Shown here in pieces: positions 27,625 to 30,113 of a DNA stretch of 30,113 nt (position 1 is the first letter of the stretch; each line of letters begins with the position of its first letter). The notes below the pieces were generated by a model. It searched no databases. It worked only from the letters and a program-made list of their open reading frames with translations, and was not told the origin of the DNA. The DNA comes from a virus (taxonomy: Duplodnaviria > Caudoviricetes). A program made the position numbers and the translations under genes. The stretch is from the IMG/VR virus record IMGVR_UViG_3300044723_007988, positions 1 to 30,113 of that record. One strand, written 5' to 3'.

Positions 27625-27663
27625 TATTAATGAAATTAAACTAAAAATTATATTTAGTAGTAT

Positions 27664-28773
27664 ATGAGTAGTATAGACTTAAAAGCAATACAGTTTAACG
27701 AGGCAAACCTTCCAACGTTTGAGGAGGTAAAAAACAACCGAGATTGGATATTTTGGGGGTCAGATAACCTTTGGCCTAACCATTCCATTGACCTATACAA
27801 CTACAGTAGTATTTTACGTAGTGCACTTAATAGTGTAATAGACGGGGTAATCGGTAAAGACCTATTGTTGGACGGTATTACGGCTGACCGTTATATGGCT
27901 AACAGCACAGAAACGGTATACGACGTTTATAAGAAAGTTGCTACTGACTTTGTGATACACAACGGTCTAACTCTTAATACCCTACTCCGCAGAGACGGAG
28001 AGGGTATTAGTGAGTTTTACCATATGGATATAAGTAAAATAAGGACGGGTAAAGCGGACGAATACGACAGGGTAAAGGGTTTTTACTTTAGTAGTGATTG
28101 GACTAACGTAAGAAAATATAAACCCGTTTATTTACCAACGTTTGACCTTAATACGGATACCCCTTCTCAGGTGTATTACTATAAAACATACCAGCCGTCT
28201 CAGTTTTATTACCCTGTTAACAGTTGGATAGGTGCACGTTACGCCGCTGAGATTGACGTAGAAATTAAGAATTACCATTTGCGTAACCTACAGAACGGTT
28301 ACCACTCAGGGGCCATCTTTAGTATGAATAATGGTATTCCAAGTGAAGAAGAAAGAGAGTCCGTTTACCGCCACTTAGAGGAGAAATACACGTCAACTAA
28401 CCAGGCTGGTAATATTATTGTTACCTTTAGTGAGGACAAAGAGCACGCACCCGAGATTACACCTTTTGCCAACGGGGCAACAGCCGATATGTTTATACAG
28501 TTAAACGAGATGGTTAACCAAACTATTCTCACCGCTGTCCGTATATCCAACCCGTCACTTTTAGGTATTAAAACGGTGCAGGGGTTAGGGTCAAAAGACG
28601 AGTTAAAGGACGCTTACGAGCATTTCTTGGCAACCCTTATTGAGCCGTTACAACAGAAAATAAATAAGGAGTTTACTAAGGTATTGTTTTACAAAGATAA
28701 AAAACAGTATGATATTACCAACGTGCAAAATACCTTATTTGACGATAAAAACGTAACTATAACAGAAGAATAA
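27664..28773 (+). CDS. Portal protein
   Basis: WIFWGSDNLWP, YYP, NLQNG, NNGIP and PSLLGI motifs; 369 aa; followed by an adaptor-like gene. Confidence 0.78.
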   Translation: MSSIDLKAIQFNEANLPTFEEVKNNRDWIFWGSDNLWPNHSIDLYNYSSILRSALNSVIDGVIGKDLLLDGITADRYMANSTETVYDVYKKVATDFVIHNGLTLNTLLRRDGEGISEFYHMDISKIRTGKADEYDRVKGFYFSSDWTNVRKYKPVYLPTFDLNTDTPSQVYYYKTYQPSQFYYPVNSWIGARYAAEIDVEIKNYHLRNLQNGYHSGAIFSMNNGIPSEEERESVYRHLEEKYTSTNQAGNIIVTFSEDKEHAPEITPFANGATADMFIQLNEMVNQTILTAVRISNPSLLGIKTVQGLGSKDELKDAYEHFLATLIEPLQQKINKEFTKVLFYKDKKQYDITNVQNTLFDDKNVTITEE

Positions 28774-29357
28774 TGGCCTCAGTCCTTTTAGTATCCGCAG
28801 AGAAAATTAAAGCGTTTGTAAACGTAAATGAAAACGTTAGTGAAAGCCTACTGTTATCCAACATTCAGGTTGCCACCGATTTAGGGTTACAGAGTATTTT
28901 AGGCACAAAATACTTAAACCATATTAAAACCGCAGCACAGGGTGGCACATTAACTACAGCCGAAACTACGTTACTACAGGACTACATACAACCGTATTTA
29001 ATCCAACGTAGTTACTACGAGTGTATACCTGAGATATGGAGTAGGGTAATGAATAAGGGTATTGTTGTTGGTAATACTGAGGGTGGTAACTCTGTTAGTG
29101 CTGGTGATATGAGATACCTACGTAGCATTACTGAAGACCGTTTTAGTTTTTACGCACAACGTTTAATGGACTATATTAAAAACCACCCTAACGACTTCTC
29201 ACTATACTTTAGTTACTCGTCAACTGACGGTATGGCACCGTCAAAAGAAAACTACTTTAGTGGTATACATATTACTAACAGTATGCCACGTAAATTGCCA
29301 CCTAAAGGTATTAAAGGGTATTTAGACCCGTCCAGTGACTACTACTGTTGTGATTAA
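28773..29357 (+). CDS. Putative head-tail adaptor protein
   Basis: Coupled to the portal gene; LQSILGTKY, LLQDYIQPYL and FYAQRLMDY motifs. Confidence 0.55.
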   Translation: MASVLLVSAEKIKAFVNVNENVSESLLLSNIQVATDLGLQSILGTKYLNHIKTAAQGGTLTTAETTLLQDYIQPYLIQRSYYECIPEIWSRVMNKGIVVGNTEGGNSVSAGDMRYLRSITEDRFSFYAQRLMDYIKNHPNDFSLYFSYSSTDGMAPSKENYFSGIHITNSMPRKLPPKGIKGYLDPSSDYYCCD

Positions 29358-29529
29358 GCATTTATTACAAGAAAAACTATTGTTGGTTAATACCGGTGTA
29401 TTAACCATATCCTTCATGGATATTGAGAGCACCCTGCGTGTAATATTACTTATATTGACTATATTACTTAGTATAGTTAGGTTATACCAGAAACTAAAAA
29501 ACGACGATAATGCCGATACCGAAGCCTAA
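29350..29529 (+). CDS. Putative holin
   Basis: Transmembrane segment LRVILLILTILLSIV and charged C-terminus; GTG at 29350 overlaps the upstream gene end (track start 29335). Confidence 0.55.
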   Translation: MIKHLLQEKLLLVNTGVLTISFMDIESTLRVILLILTILLSIVRLYQKLKNDDNADTEA

Positions 29530-29650
29530 CAATACCGAAACACAACAACAGTATATTACCCGTTGTTACAAAGCAATTAAGGACGAATACCCTACAGCGG
29601 CTCAGTCGTTTGCCATTTGTTACCAAAAGTATAGAGACCGTAATAAATAG
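29510..29650 (+). CDS. 46-aa small protein (MPIPKP...RC...EYP...AICY)
   Basis: Not in the ORF track; overlaps the holin end; resembles a small-protein pattern recurring in phage late regions. Confidence 0.65.
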   Translation: MPIPKPNNTETQQQYITRCYKAIKDEYPTAAQSFAICYQKYRDRNK

Positions 29651-29667
29651 GTTTTAACGGGGTTTTA

Positions 29668-29967
29668 TTACCAACCTGTTATATCCACCCCTTTTTCTTG
29701 CATACGTTTATAAAACTGTTTATAAACGGGGTTGTCGTCGTTATACAACTCGTAACCTAAGTTAGTTAATATCTCCTCAGTATGTTTACCTATCCTACTA
29801 TAGTTTACACTATTACTTTTAACCTCTCTAAGTGTAGTCCCTTTGTCTTTGCTACGCCTACTCCTACATTCTTTACATTGCGTATCTTTACCGTCACGCG
29901 CTGCGGTGCGGTTGTGAAACTCACTAAGTGGTTTTATTATTTTACACCCTCTACACTTTTTTTGCAT
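29668..29967 (-). CDS. Zn-finger protein (CxxC...CxxC) resembling the N-terminal module of EndoVII/HNH proteins, without a nuclease domain
   Basis: KKCRGCKIIKPLSEFH...CKEC; only convincing - strand gene; ATATTTAT upstream on the - strand; dinucleotide bias flips with strand. Confidence 0.75.
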   Translation of the reverse strand: MQKKCRGCKIIKPLSEFHNRTAARDGKDTQCKECRSRRSKDKGTTLREVKSNSVNYSRIGKHTEEILTNLGYELYNDDNPVYKQFYKRMQEKGVDITGW

Positions 29968-29980
29968 AATATACTTTTCT

Positions 29981-30113
29981 TTGGTATAAATATAGTATAG
30001 ATTTATATTTATATAAAGGAGGGGGGTTTTTTTCTTTTAAGAATTTATTTATTCGGGTGTTGCTCCCTTAACACCAGTTACTTTTTATCCCCTCTCCTTT
30101 TTTTTTACACTTT
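29981..30113 (+). repeat. Terminal direct repeat, right copy
   Basis: Matches 1..134 with a one-base homopolymer indel. Confidence 0.97.

Larger units (their letters stand above)
1..30113. mobile_element. Apparently complete tailed dsDNA bacteriophage genome (siphovirus-like, probable Bacteroidota host)
   Basis: Terminal direct repeat; terminase, portal, protease, capsid, tail tube, tape measure and holin-like genes; no host housekeeping genes; dense + strand coding; A-rich leaders without SD motifs. Confidence 0.93.

Noticed and set aside
29668-29967. Homing endonuclease (this ORF, or together with HTH 184..468)
   Set aside because: Only accessory Zn-finger and HTH modules are present; no HNH or EndoVII catalytic motif, and the two ORFs are on opposite strands.
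29782-30000. 72-aa + strand ORF
   Set aside because: Antisense to the Zn-finger gene and TC-rich, unlike typical coding strands in this genome.
1-30113. Alternative genetic code (stop-codon reassignment)
   Set aside because: Standard-code ORFs tile the genome, and TAA, TAG and TGA all end genes at sensible coupled junctions.

Overview
This window looks like a complete ~30 kb tailed dsDNA phage genome. It is siphovirus-like (tape measure and tail tube genes, no sheath) and bounded by a 133/134-bp terminal direct repeat. A Bacteroidota-type host is inferred from A-rich leaders lacking Shine-Dalgarno motifs and from the structural protein families. Gene order: small early genes under two duplicated sigma70-like promoters; a phage ECF-like sigma factor; a ~230-nt highly structured intergenic element; a ParB + TGT/DpdA-like + queC-queD-queE-(PRTase::folE) 7-deazaguanine DNA-modification cassette; two TerS-like genes and terL; a frameshifted tail chaperone; tail genes; head genes; fibres; portal; adaptor; holin. 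I recognised no polymerase, helicase, primase, integrase or endolysin. Most interesting observations: (1) the deazaguanine cassette carries a Gpt-like PRTase fused to FolE (possible guanine-recycling loop), a QueC lacking all four Zn-binding cysteines, and a CX3CX18C QueE; (2) TpC is strongly depleted on the coding strand and several 4-bp palindromes are nearly absent; (3) two candidate small RNAs are complementary to the translation-start regions of phage genes; (4) a [ST]-G-x-T motif is concentrated in outer virion proteins. All product calls come from motifs read by eye and all counts are hand counts; no database searches were run.
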